NCBI GenBank assembly: GCA_965213705.1 | Contig: OZ243913.1 | Coordinates: 3,392,001 to 3,456,000, forward strand | DNA length: 64,000 nt | Reading direction: 5' to 3' | Origin: Trueperaceae bacterium | GTDB lineage: Bacteria; Deinococcota; Deinococci; Deinococcales; Trueperaceae | Part shown: piece by piece, positions 11,039-20,308 of the stretch | Numbering within the stretch: position 1 is the first letter of the stretch | Layout: every line of letters starts with the position of its first letter | Made by a program: the position numbers and the translations under genes | Notes under the pieces: generated by a model | Told to the model about the DNA's origin: nothing | The model's database searches: none | Seen by the model: the letters and a program-made list of their open reading frames with translations, nothing else

Positions 11039-11067
11039 AATTTATCATAGATATATGTTAGTGTCAA
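11039..11067 (-). promoter_or_regulatory. Sigma70-type promoter of tetR with overlapping degenerate operator
   Basis: TTGACA-17 bp-TAAATT on the minus strand; TTTATCATAGATATA (11041-11055) matches the 10387 palindrome at 11/15 positions. Confidence 0.65.
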
Positions 11068-11111
11068 TGTCCTCGTTTATAAGTTCTCGCTGTGTTTCGC
11101 TGTAAGGCACT

Positions 11112-11502
11112 GTGGGCTACTGTCACTTGCGCCAAGGTTTGAGGGTTTTTCGGGTAGACCGCTTAGGCAAGGTGAAACTGCTCGCGGCGACCTTTCAACC
11201 GCCCGACGGCTTTGACGCGGCCGCGTATGTCAGCCGCTCGGTGGCCTTAGTGCCGCTCGCCTACTCGGCCGAGATACTGCTTAAGACGAACTTAGAGAGC
11301 CCAGCACGAGCTTTATCCCAACTTTGTAACCTTGGAGCCTGTACTGGAGGGCGTCGTCATGTGTTGCACTACGGACAACCTCAGGTGGCTGGCGCGGTTA
11401 GTAGCCAGCTTCAGCTTTCCTTGGGAGGTGCGTGGGCCGCCTGAGTTGGAGGGGGCGCTGAGAGAGCACGCGGCGAGTATCTTGGCACAGCTTGTGAATT
11501 AA
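11112..11502 (+). pseudogene. YafY-like WYL-domain regulator remnant (5'-truncated, frameshifted)
   Basis: VGYCHLRQGLRVFRVDRL...F.PPDGFDAAAYV; after a frameshift ..WLARLVASFSFPWEVRGPPEL..ALRE. Confidence 0.8.
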
Positions 11503-11592
11503 CACCTTTTGCAGTTAACGCGCGTCTGTTGCAAAGGCTTAGCTTCATTTCGCCCAAAGGTCGACAGGTTATGTCTCTACTGAACCCACCCC

Positions 11593-11913
11593 TCAGCCCG
11601 TGCTAAACCCAAGCGCGAAGCGGATGGCGCGCTCGGCGTCGAGCATCTTTTCAAATGGCAGCGTGGCGATGAGTTCACCTACCTGCGCCTTGGGAATGGT
11701 CACAAGGTTGTCAAAGTTGGCTGCGCACGGGTTTAAGAGGCCGTCATCTTCGTCCAGGTACAGTTCTGAAGAAATGCCTCGCACCGTCGAGGTTACCGGC
11801 GCTACGGTCACAGCGTTGAGAAAGCCGAGGGCTGTGTCCTGAGTCAGCACGAGCACGGGCCGACGCTTGTCCGGTTGCTGAAAAGTGTACCAGCGCACCT
11901 CGCCACGCTTCAC
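11593..11913 (-). CDS. mazF: MazF/PemK-family endoribonuclease toxin
   Basis: MKRGEVRW...DKRRPVLVLT...VTVAPVTST...ANFDNLVTIPK. Confidence 0.93.
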   Translation of the reverse strand: MKRGEVRWYTFQQPDKRRPVLVLTQDTALGFLNAVTVAPVTSTVRGISSELYLDEDDGLLNPCAANFDNLVTIPKAQVGELIATLPFEKMLDAERAIRFALGFSTG

Positions 11914-12176
11914 GGCGTGCCTAGCACCTGCTCCGGGTAAAAGTCGGCGAACTCTTCTGCGCCGACCGGCTGCTGGGCGTAGCCTCGGGCGTGTCTGCGC
12001 TCGAGCTGCTCGACCTCTTCAGGCATGAAGGTTGCGGGCATCAGGTCTCGTGCTAAGTCCTCGAGCTGTCGGGACACGCTGCCCTGACCCTTGGCGCTGC
12101 GAATCTTTAAGAACTCCAGTACCTCTGAAGACAAGTAGATAGTGGTTCGTTTTTTCGTCGCCTCTGCTTGATTCAT
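11910..12176 (-). CDS. Probable antitoxin (RHH-like) of the MazF-type toxin
   Basis: KKRTTIYLS N-terminal strand, acidic C-terminus with ARGYAQQP; 4-bp overlap with the toxin. Confidence 0.75.
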   Translation of the reverse strand: MNQAEATKKRTTIYLSSEVLEFLKIRSAKGQGSVSRQLEDLARDLMPATFMPEEVEQLERRHARGYAQQPVGAEEFADFYPEQVLGTP

Positions 12177-12407
12177 AGGGACATTATAACATGATGACAT
12201 CATGATGTTGCTTGTCTGTGACCGCTCGAGGTGCTGTGCAGCTGGAGTAGGTGAGGTTGTTTAGACACCTGAGCGAAGGAATCGGCAGAGATTGATGGAC
12301 TGTATATAAAATAGATCATCTATAGTGGAGGGATTTGAGAATCACTTTTATCAGAAGTTGGGTGGGTTAGGGTTTGGTTGATGGCTCGAGGCGTAAGTTG
12401 GGTGTAG

Positions 12408-12719
12408 TCAGGTTTGGTTAAGCGGTTTCTTCAGGGCCTCGTCGAACCAGCCTGCTTCGTAAGCGCCGGAGAGGTGCATGACGTTCCTGAACTTGAAGCC
12501 GACGACCGAGGGGGCAACCTCGTCGGTCAGCTCGAGCCAGTTCGACAGGTCGTCCTCGCTGAAGCCGTCGTAACCGCCACCTTCGAAGATAAAGCTGTAG
12601 CCGGGGCGCTCGCCTATCCGGTAAACCTCGTAGCAGACGCCGCGCTCGCCGCTGTTCCACAAGGCGCTAGCGCGCTTGGCGTAGGCGATGGTGCCGGTGT
12701 GGGGGATGAGGTGGGTCAT
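12408..12719 (-). CDS. Hypothetical protein (103 aa)
   Basis: ATG with AAAGG upstream; GERGVCYEVY..G.RPGYSFIFE.GGYDGFS. Confidence 0.6.
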   Translation of the reverse strand: MTHLIPHTGTIAYAKRASALWNSGERGVCYEVYRIGERPGYSFIFEGGGYDGFSEDDLSNWLELTDEVAPSVVGFKFRNVMHLSGAYEAGWFDEALKKPLNQT

Positions 12720-13161
12720 GGCTGCCTTTCTGGCTCGAGGGCCTCGAGCTCGGCGAGCACTTTCGCAAACGTTTAGTCACTCACGGCCCTGCTCGAGCGC
12801 ACCTGTTAATTGGCCGCGTGTCACACCCTGGGCCATGACGAAGCGGACTGCTTCAGCCGTACTCGAAAGAAGACGCTCGGCGGCATCTGCTAACTTGTCC
12901 ATGCACCACTGGCTCATAATGGTTTAGTGTGTCAGGAGTTGGCGCAGATAGCTAGAAATGACGTGCAGGACGTTGGGGAACGTTCTTTTGTCGTCAAGCA
13001 ATGTAATCTTGATAATTGATTCTACTTCACAGGTAGGTGGGGGGTTCCTGCGTTTTTGGTCGGCGGCTACAATGCAACTGAGTTGAGGAATGTCGTCTCG
13101 AACAAGAATTGTGGGTGTTGTACCTTTGATGAGTCATTTTTATATGGGTAGTGGCCCACCA

Positions 13162-13640
13162 TCAACTGACAGCAGCACGCTCAAGATTGTAGCGGACCAA
13201 GAACAGATGCAAGCAAATGAGGTGCATGTGTTCGGACTTGGAGAAGGATAAGGTCTTTCTGACAAAGCGCGCTAGGCGTTGGCGGATAGTATTGTTAAAG
13301 CGCTCGACGTGTGCTGTAAGCCCTGAGTCTTTACCAACAGCTTGATGCTGTTCATCGGGAACGACGGCCTGATAAGCTTCCCAGAAGTCACTAAACACCG
13401 TGCCTTGTTTATAAGCATCTGGGATGTTACGCCAAAGTTTTTGACAAGTAGCAATGCCACGTCCACCTACAACACAAGCGACCACCTGGCGTGTCTGCTT
13501 ACAAAGCGCTATCCAGGCCCACCGTTTGTTACGTCTACATCGAACAAATGACCACATCTCGTCGAGTTCGAGTTGCACCGCTTCAGGGTTCTCGGGCGTA
13601 ACTAGTGTGGCGCTAAGCGGCGGTGTCGTCGCGGCTTTTT
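13162..13640 (-). CDS. insB: IS1 InsB (DDE), probably expressed by -1 frameshift from insA
   Basis: ELDEMWSFV, SDFWEAY, TAHVERFNNTIRQRLARFVRKTLSFSK. Confidence 0.93.
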
Positions 13641-13891
13641 TTGAGCCATTTCGCTATTGTGGTGCGGGACACGCCGAATGTTCTGGTCAGCCCACGCATA
13701 CTAGAGCGCTCCTGATACGACTTCAGTATCTCATCTTTCTTCGCTTCGCTGTACCCTTTAGTGCTCGCGTTCTCGCGACTGGACTTGCCGCACGCTCGAC
13801 ACAGGTACTTTTGCTTGCCGTTTGGTGCATGACCGTTCTTGACAAGCTCTTCGCTCTCGCAGTGGCAGCAACGTACAACTTTGGTGACCAT
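13613..13891 (-). CDS. insA: IS1 InsA (Zn-ribbon + HTH)
   Basis: CCHCESEELVKNGHAPNGKQKYLCRACG; HTH SMRGLTRTFGVSRTTIAKW; A7G slippery site at 13635-13642. Confidence 0.93.
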   Translation of the reverse strand: MVTKVVRCCHCESEELVKNGHAPNGKQKYLCRACGKSSRENASTKGYSEAKKDEILKSYQERSSMRGLTRTFGVSRTTIAKWLKKSRDDTAA

Positions 13892-14326
13892 TCCTTAGCT
13901 TATCAGTCTTTGCTAAACCACTACCTTTATATGTTCTCAAAACTCATGTTTAGCATCAAGATTTCAGCTAATAGTTTTAAGAAAGGTTTTTGAGACGAAG
14001 AGGCACCCATTCTTGCGTCTTATAATCCGCTCTCAATAAATGTCCTCAAAATTGACCGTTTGTGGGACGACGCTCAAAAGACTTGGTAGGCCGCAGAAAC
14101 GTTCCAGCAATTCCCAGACAAGTGGGCAGCTAGTCACGGGGTGAGCGGCGGCAGAGAAGTTCGGTGAAGTTGACCCTAGTGACGCTACCTGAAAGGAAGA
14201 AAATAAGATAGTTTGCCAAAAACACCGACTGTTTGACCGAGGCTCGGAATGGTTATCGTTCAGTCGATGTTGTTCGAAGAAATGTCAATGCTAGATGGGA
14301 GGATGGTCCAGCCTTGAAAGAGGTGG

Positions 14327-15226
14327 CTATCCTTTGACCGACCCGGCCAGAATGCCCCGTACAAAGTAGCGTTGTAGGCTGAAAAACAACACCAGCGGCA
14401 GCAACATCGAAACGAACGCGGCAGCCGTCAGCACTTGCCAGCCCCCACCTAAGGAACTTACCAAGTTGCTGATGGCGACGGTCATGGGCGCTACTTTCGG
14501 CGTGCCTCCTAAGTAGATGAGCGCCACCAAAAGGTCGTTCCATACCCACAGGAACTGAAAAATAGCCAGTGAGGCGAGTGCGGACACGGACAAGGGAAGC
14601 ACGAGGTAGAAAAAACTTGTGAACCGCGACGCGCCGTCGAGATAAGCGGACTCGAGCATGTCTTTGGGCAACGCGCCAAAAAAGTTTCTCAGTAGATAGA
14701 TGGCGAAAGGTAGGCCGTAACCCGTATGGGCGAGCCAGATGCCGAGAAACGACCCGGTAAGCCCCGTGACGTTGTAGAGCCGTAAAACTGGTATCAGCGT
14801 CATTTGGATGGGCACGACCAGCAAACCGACGACCAAAACGAACAGCGCGTCCCGGCCTGGAAAGTTCATCCAGGCGAAAGCGTAGGCGGCGAACGCCGCA
14901 ACCATAACCGTGATGACCGTAGCGGGCACGGAAATAAACAGGCTGTTGAAAAAACTCTGCCCCAGGCCCGAGGTGGTGAGCGCTTCGCGGTAAAGGTCGA
15001 GCGTGAAGGTAAAAGGCAACTCAAACGCCGTCCACCAACCCGTCGTGGCGACGAGGTTGGCCGGCCGAAACGAACTGACCAGCAGCGCGACGGTAGGCGT
15101 CATCCACACCAGGCAGATGACCACCACGGTAAGGGTGACCGCCCCGCGACTTAAAAACCGCGCCGCCCGCCCAGTCACGCCCAAAGCGTCTTTTCTGGGG
15201 ATGCGTTTGGTCCCCGAAGCCTTCAC
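14327..15226 (-). CDS. Carbohydrate ABC transporter permease (AglG-like)
   Basis: Multiple TM helices; EAA loop LESAYLDGAS; FQFLWVWNDLL. Confidence 0.95.
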   Translation of the reverse strand: MKASGTKRIPRKDALGVTGRAARFLSRGAVTLTVVVICLVWMTPTVALLVSSFRPANLVATTGWWTAFELPFTFTLDLYREALTTSGLGQSFFNSLFISVPATVITVMVAAFAAYAFAWMNFPGRDALFVLVVGLLVVPIQMTLIPVLRLYNVTGLTGSFLGIWLAHTGYGLPFAIYLLRNFFGALPKDMLESAYLDGASRFTSFFYLVLPLSVSALASLAIFQFLWVWNDLLVALIYLGGTPKVAPMTVAISNLVSSLGGGWQVLTAAAFVSMLLPLVLFFSLQRYFVRGILAGSVKG

Positions 15227-16194
15227 CGCCGCGCCTCTTGTTCACGAAAGCGGCGCACGTTGAAAAGCATGATGGGTACGATGGCGGCCAACAGAAGGAC
15301 AGCGATGGCGCTAGCCCGGCCAAAATGGTTGTAGTTGAACATTTCTTTGTACATCCGGTTCGCGAGCACGTCGGTGTCAAAGTTACCGTTGGTCATCACG
15401 TAAACGATGTCGAACGCCTTCAGGGCGAAAATCAGCATCGTCGTCGCCACGACGGCGAGGGTGGAACTGATCATGGGCACGGTCACGAGCCGAAACAGTT
15501 GCCACTCGTTCGCCCCGTCGATGCGCGCGGCGTCTAAGACATCTTTTGAAACGCCTTTCAAGGCTGCCGACAGAATAACCACCGCAAAGCCCGTCCAGGT
15601 CCAAACGCCCACGGCGATGAGGGCCGTGTTGTTGGTCACCGCGTTGACGAGCCAGGCGACCGGTTCACCGTTCAGGGCCGTCACCAGCCCGTTAAGGGTG
15701 CCCGTTTGGGCACGGCCCGCGGGTTGATAGTCGTACATCAGCTTCCAGATAACGCCGGCTGCGACGAACGAAATCGCCATAGGCAAAAACACCATCGCCT
15801 TGGCAACACCTTCAAAGCGAACCCGGTCGAACAAAACGGCGAACGCCAACCCGAAGCCCACCGTGAAGCCGGTCAGGAGCAGCAGCCAGAGTGCGTTGTT
15901 TTTTAGCGCGCTCAAGACGCCTCGGCTCGTGAAGACGTGCCGGTAGTTTTCCAAACCCACAAAAGCGCTCGAGTTCGCGTTTTGAAAACTCAGGTAAATC
16001 GTGTTGAAAGTAGGATAAACCAGAAAAACGGTCAAAAATAATAGGGCAGGCCCCGCCCATAGCCAGGGCGCGACGCGCTTGCCGTTGGAACCGGGCAACC
16101 GCGAAGCAACCGCGTCCGCTGCGGCCACGTAGGCCAAAAGCACCAGCGGAACGCAGACAACCACAAACATAGAGACAAAAAGTCGCTGTGTCAT
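15223..16194 (-). CDS. Carbohydrate ABC transporter permease (AglF-like)
   Basis: FLPMAISFVAAGVIW, DAARIDGANEWQ. Confidence 0.95.
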   Translation of the reverse strand: MTQRLFVSMFVVVCVPLVLLAYVAAADAVASRLPGSNGKRVAPWLWAGPALLFLTVFLVYPTFNTIYLSFQNANSSAFVGLENYRHVFTSRGVLSALKNNALWLLLLTGFTVGFGLAFAVLFDRVRFEGVAKAMVFLPMAISFVAAGVIWKLMYDYQPAGRAQTGTLNGLVTALNGEPVAWLVNAVTNNTALIAVGVWTWTGFAVVILSAALKGVSKDVLDAARIDGANEWQLFRLVTVPMISSTLAVVATTMLIFALKAFDIVYVMTNGNFDTDVLANRMYKEMFNYNHFGRASAIAVLLLAAIVPIMLFNVRRFREQEARR

Positions 16195-16203
16195 AAGGGT
16201 GGC

Positions 16204-16230
16204 CGGGGTCCTAAATGACTTAGGACCCCG
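16204..16230. other. Stem-loop between the SBP and permease genes
   Basis: CGGGGTCCTAA-ATGAC-TTAGGACCCCG, perfect 11-bp stem. Confidence 0.75.
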
Positions 16231-16237
16231 AAGACAC

Positions 16238-17545
16238 TTAGTCCGCGTACGCGTCTTCGCGCACGGCGTCGAGGTTTTTAAGAATGCTGTCTAGGTTGTC
16301 CGGGCTTTGAATATACTCGAGCACGGCCTGCCAGAAAGCGTTGTTGACCGCCTCGGGCATCAGGTCCGACGCGTCGAAGGCGGCGACGTCCGCACCCACG
16401 AGCAGTTCGGCAGCTCGCCGCGACAGGCTGTCGGGGTAACTGTCCAAGGAGACGCTTTGGTTGGGCGAAATGGCCCCACCGCGCCCAACCCAAATGGCCT
16501 GCGCCTCGGGCGTGACCAGGTAGCGGATAAGCGCGCGTGCTTGCGGCGTGTCGTTGAACATGCCGAACAAGTCACCGGCCGTAACCGTGCTGCTGGGCGC
16601 GTCCTCACCAAAGCCGGGAAACCCAAAAAAGCTGAAGTCGGTGCCCGGCTCTAAGTCGGGATTGTTCTGCACAAAAAAGTCGGCTATGAAGCTCGCTTGG
16701 TGCGCAAAGACGCATTCGGGCGGGTCGGTGAAAAGCCCGTCGCCCACGTTGCCAAAGTTGGTGGTAAGCGCGTTGACCGGCCCGCCGAAAACCACGCCGT
16801 CGGTCGCGACGATTTCTCCCCAGGTCTCGAAGGCGCTTTTGATTTCCGGTGACGTCCAAGCAAGGTCGCCTTGCCACCAGCGGTTGTAAACGTCGATGCC
16901 GGACTGACGCAAGACGATGTCTTCCAACCAGTCCGTGCCCGGCCAGCCGCTCGCCGCGCCACTCTCGAGCGCTACGCACCAAGGGGTGACGCCCTCGCTT
17001 GCGAGGCTGTCAGACGCAGCCATGAGGTCGCTCCAGGTGGTGAACGGCGCACTTAGACCGTTGTCTTCCAGGGTTTGCGGGTCGTACCAGATGAGGCCCT
17101 TGACGGCCGCTTTTATAAATACCCCTACGAGCTTGCCGTCTACCGTGCCAAGCTCGAGCCAGGTCGGGGCGTATTCGCTCTCGTAGCTGTCCATGTCGAG
17201 AACGGTACCGAGGTCGACAAAGCTGCCCTGCTGGGCGAACTTGGCAATTTGGCCCGGTCCGGGCAGCCCGGCGACGTCGGGCGGGTTGCCACCTTGAACG
17301 CGCGTCGTGAGGACGGCGGCCAGGTCGCGCGTTCCTTCGTACTCGACCGTGATGCCCGTCGCCTCTTCGAACGGCGCGACCATCGCCCGAAATGAGTCGA
17401 GCTCGCCGCCACCCCAAGTCGCCAACACCGTGACAGTTCCACCCGACGTGCCGTCAGCCGCCGCCAGGGCCGCTTCCTCCGGGGTCTGGGCTACCCCGAA
17501 GAACAAGAACGCTGCGAGGACGGAAGTGTAAAGTTTTTTTCTCAT
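16238..17545 (-). CDS. Sugar ABC substrate-binding protein (AglE/GgtB alpha-glucoside-type)
   Basis: Signal peptide; GGNPPD, KGLIWY, WCVALESGAASGWPGTDWLED, HQASF, FDASDLMP. Confidence 0.9.
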   Translation of the reverse strand: MRKKLYTSVLAAFLFFGVAQTPEEAALAAADGTSGGTVTVLATWGGGELDSFRAMVAPFEEATGITVEYEGTRDLAAVLTTRVQGGNPPDVAGLPGPGQIAKFAQQGSFVDLGTVLDMDSYESEYAPTWLELGTVDGKLVGVFIKAAVKGLIWYDPQTLEDNGLSAPFTTWSDLMAASDSLASEGVTPWCVALESGAASGWPGTDWLEDIVLRQSGIDVYNRWWQGDLAWTSPEIKSAFETWGEIVATDGVVFGGPVNALTTNFGNVGDGLFTDPPECVFAHQASFIADFFVQNNPDLEPGTDFSFFGFPGFGEDAPSSTVTAGDLFGMFNDTPQARALIRYLVTPEAQAIWVGRGGAISPNQSVSLDSYPDSLSRRAAELLVGADVAAFDASDLMPEAVNNAFWQAVLEYIQSPDNLDSILKNLDAVREDAYAD

Positions 17546-17554
17546 AATTATCCT

Positions 17555-17570
17555 TTCGAACCGAGTTTAT
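17555..17570. promoter_or_regulatory. Degenerate LacI-type operator upstream of the SBP gene
   Basis: TTCGAACCGAGTTTAT, similar to the sites at 18671 and 18830. Confidence 0.55.
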
Positions 17571-17649
17571 AGAACACGAACTTGGCAAACTTTTTGAGGT
17601 GTTTTACCGTTGAGCTGCGTCACCCGAGCTGTGTCGCCACGGCAGAGCC

Positions 17650-18654
17650 TCACCTCCTCGCCGTGGTGTGCCGCGCAACCAGGCGGACGGGGACCTGAAC
17701 TCCCCGCGCGGGCGTTCCCTCCAGCGCTTCTCTCAAGAGAACGACCGTGGTGGCGGCGATTTCTCGGATGTCTTGCCTGACGGTCGTGAGTGCCCCGCCA
17801 AGCTCGGGCATGTCGTCGAAACCGACGACGGAAACGTCCCCCGGAACCCGGTAACCTTGTTCTTCAACGGCCCTGACGACGCCAACCGCCATTTCGTCGG
17901 TCAGTGCGAAGACACCGGTGAAGTCGTGCGTTTTGAGGGCTCGTTGCACGGCTAGAAACGCGCCGAGCGTCGTGAAGTCGCAGCGCGCAACGTAGAACTC
18001 GGCGTCTTTGTACGGCTCGAGCGCAGCTCTGAACCCCTGTAACCGCTGCGCGTCGCCGTGTTTTGGATAGCTTGCCGAAAGCAGGTCGCTGGGGCGTTTT
18101 TCGCCCATCACCACCAGAACTTTTCGGTGGCCGAGCTTCATGAGATGGTCACCCGCCTGCCGGCCCCCGTCAAAGTCGTCGGGACACACCCAACGCTCCC
18201 CCTCGACTTTGCCCATGACGACGAACGGTATCCCAGCTGTGCGCAAGTAAGAAAGCCGGGGGTCCTCGTCGTAAACCCCTGTCAGCACCAATGCGTCGGC
18301 GAGGTGCTCGGGCAAGCCGTCAGGCTTTGAAGGTACGTCGGTTATGCGGAAGCCGCTGGAAGCGAGTCCCTTAGCAAAATAGTCGCGAAAAAGCATGGCG
18401 TAAGGGATGAGACGACGGTTGCCGTAAGCCTCGTTCAAACCGATCTGTAAAATCCGGCCGCGAGACAGCTCCTGCGCGACGGGGTCCGGGCTGTAGCCGA
18501 GTTTGGTGATGGCGCGTAAAACTCGCGCTTCGGTAGAGGACGTTACGCCTCCTTTACCGTTGACGACGCGACTGACCGTGCTTTTGGCAACGCCCGCCTG
18601 CTTCGCAACCGTTGCGATGGTTGCTCGAGCAGGTCTATCCTCAGTCTTAGTCAC
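17650..18654 (-). CDS. LacI-family transcriptional regulator
   Basis: ATIATVAKQAGVAKSTVSRVVN HTH; RVPGDVSVVGFDD, LTTVRQD. Confidence 0.96.
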   Translation of the reverse strand: MTKTEDRPARATIATVAKQAGVAKSTVSRVVNGKGGVTSSTEARVLRAITKLGYSPDPVAQELSRGRILQIGLNEAYGNRRLIPYAMLFRDYFAKGLASSGFRITDVPSKPDGLPEHLADALVLTGVYDEDPRLSYLRTAGIPFVVMGKVEGERWVCPDDFDGGRQAGDHLMKLGHRKVLVVMGEKRPSDLLSASYPKHGDAQRLQGFRAALEPYKDAEFYVARCDFTTLGAFLAVQRALKTHDFTGVFALTDEMAVGVVRAVEEQGYRVPGDVSVVGFDDMPELGGALTTVRQDIREIAATTVVLLREALEGTPARGVQVPVRLVARHTTARR

Positions 18655-18670
18655 GATGACTCTCCAATGT

Positions 18671-18686
18671 TTCGAACCGGTTTTAT
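18671..18686. promoter_or_regulatory. LacI-type operator upstream of lacI
   Basis: TTCGAACCGGTTTTAT. Confidence 0.65.
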
Positions 18687-18801
18687 TCTTCTTGAGCCGG
18701 AGTATAATGGTTGAGCCACAGCACTGTCAAGTCTGTTCAATGCCTCAGACTCTTGAGTTGTGAACTATAAAACCAATAATTTCAACAATTTGGCTTGCCT
18801 G

Positions 18802-18845
18802 TTGACGAAGATGCTGGTTTTTATTTATAATAAAACCGGTTTTAT
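18802..18845 (+). promoter_or_regulatory. Sigma70 promoter plus LacI-type operator for the oxidoreductase gene
   Basis: TTGACG-18 bp-TATAAT (18802-18831) overlapping the perfect palindrome ATAAAACCGGTTTTAT (18830-18845). Confidence 0.8.
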
Positions 18846-18855
18846 AGAGGAGTTT

Positions 18856-20118
18856 ATGAGCGAGCCCATTACGGTGATAGTTCTCGGGGCTGGCAACCGA
18901 GGTCGGGTCTACGCGTCTTACGCAGAAAGGCATCCTGAAGACGTCAGGGTGGTTGCGGTGGCGGAACCAAAAGACGCCTACAGAAACGCTTTGGCAGACC
19001 GTCACGGGCTTTCTCGAGAGAACACCTTTGTCGCTTGGGAAGACGTAGCTAAAAAACCGAAGTTTGCGGACGCCGTCGTCATCGCGACGCCGGACGCAGA
19101 ACACGTGGGGCCGGTTCTTGCCTTTGCAGAGAAAGGTTACGCCCTTCTGCTCGAAAAACCGATGGCTCCTACGGCGGAAGAGTGCGTGGCAATCGTTGCC
19201 GCGGTAAAGCGTCACCAGGTTTTGTTCGCGGTCGGGCACGTGTTGCGCTACACACCCTATACGCAAACGCTCAAGCGACTCTTGGCGGAAGGAGCTGTCG
19301 GCGAGGTGATGTCTTTGCAGCACTTGGAGCCGGTAGGCTACTGGCACCAAGCACATTCTTACGTGCGCGGCAACTGGCGAAACGCCGGGGTGTCGTCGCC
19401 CATGTTGCTCGCTAAGTCTTGCCATGACCTGGACTGGATTCGTTACGTCATGGGAAAACGCTGCGTTGCGGTCAGTTCGTTCGGTGCGCTCAGCCACTTC
19501 AAGCGCGCCAACAAACCTCCCGAGGCAGAAGACGCCAAGCGCTGTCTGGAGTGTGCTTACGAACCCGACTGTCCTTACTCGGCAAAGCGTATCTACCTTG
19601 GCATGGTCGAGCAGGGCGAAAAGGGGATGCCCCTCACCGCGCTCACACTCGACACCAGCAAAGAAGGCGTGACGGAAGCGCTCCGAGTGGGACCTTACGG
19701 GCGCTGCGTGTATGAGTGCGACAATGACGTCGTGGATCACCAGGTCGTCAACATGATGTTCGAGGACCAGCGGACGGCCTCTTTCACGATGACCGGCTTT
19801 ACCAAACTGCGGCACCGGCAGACCGGCATTTTTGGAACGCGAGGTGAAATCCGGGGAGACGGCCTAACGCTCACCGTCTACGATTTTCTCACCCGGACGT
19901 TGCGCACAGTGAGCAGTGTAGAAGGCCTCAGCGACGCCGACTCCACCCTCGAGGGACACGGCGGTGGCGACGAGGGGCTTATGGCGGCGTTTGTGCGCGC
20001 CGTTTCGGAAAAGGACGGCAGCTACTTACTGTCCGGCCCCGACGAAACCCTCGAGTCTCACCTCACCGTTTTCGCGGCAGAGCGTTCCCGACTGGAAGGT
20101 CGAACAGTAAATCTCTGA
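18856..20118 (+). CDS. Gfo/Idh/MocA-family oxidoreductase
   Basis: GAGNRG Rossmann motif, LLEKPMA, HSYVRGNW, KSCHDLD, Cys-rich insert, HGGGD; GAGGAG RBS before ATG 18856. Confidence 0.93.
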   Translation: MSEPITVIVLGAGNRGRVYASYAERHPEDVRVVAVAEPKDAYRNALADRHGLSRENTFVAWEDVAKKPKFADAVVIATPDAEHVGPVLAFAEKGYALLLEKPMAPTAEECVAIVAAVKRHQVLFAVGHVLRYTPYTQTLKRLLAEGAVGEVMSLQHLEPVGYWHQAHSYVRGNWRNAGVSSPMLLAKSCHDLDWIRYVMGKRCVAVSSFGALSHFKRANKPPEAEDAKRCLECAYEPDCPYSAKRIYLGMVEQGEKGMPLTALTLDTSKEGVTEALRVGPYGRCVYECDNDVVDHQVVNMMFEDQRTASFTMTGFTKLRHRQTGIFGTRGEIRGDGLTLTVYDFLTRTLRTVSSVEGLSDADSTLEGHGGGDEGLMAAFVRAVSEKDGSYLLSGPDETLESHLTVFAAERSRLEGRTVNL

Positions 20119-20308
20119 GATAAACTTTGCTGGGTTGACAGGCGTTCTCACAGCTCCACTCAATTTTGTGCCCCGCTACTTGCAACCTTCTTCTATCGGG
20201 AGCAATTGGTTCCAGGCTTCCTGCTTCCCTTCGGTCGTGGAACATCTTTCGTAAGGGGTAACGCAAATCTTTTTGGGTTTGAGCACGGGGTTTGTGTATA
20301 GCGTAGTA

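Larger units (their letters stand above)
13147..13925 (-). mobile_element. IS1-family insertion sequence, apparently intact (779 bp)
   Basis: GGTAGTGG IRs at both ends; 8-bp target-site duplication TTTATATG at 13139-13146 and 13926-13933. Confidence 0.95.

Noticed and set aside
18745..19815. 356-aa minus-strand ORF and similar long antisense ORFs (e.g. 31825-32757, 52102-52926)
   Set aside because: Shadow frames of well-supported genes in GC-rich DNA, with no recognisable motifs
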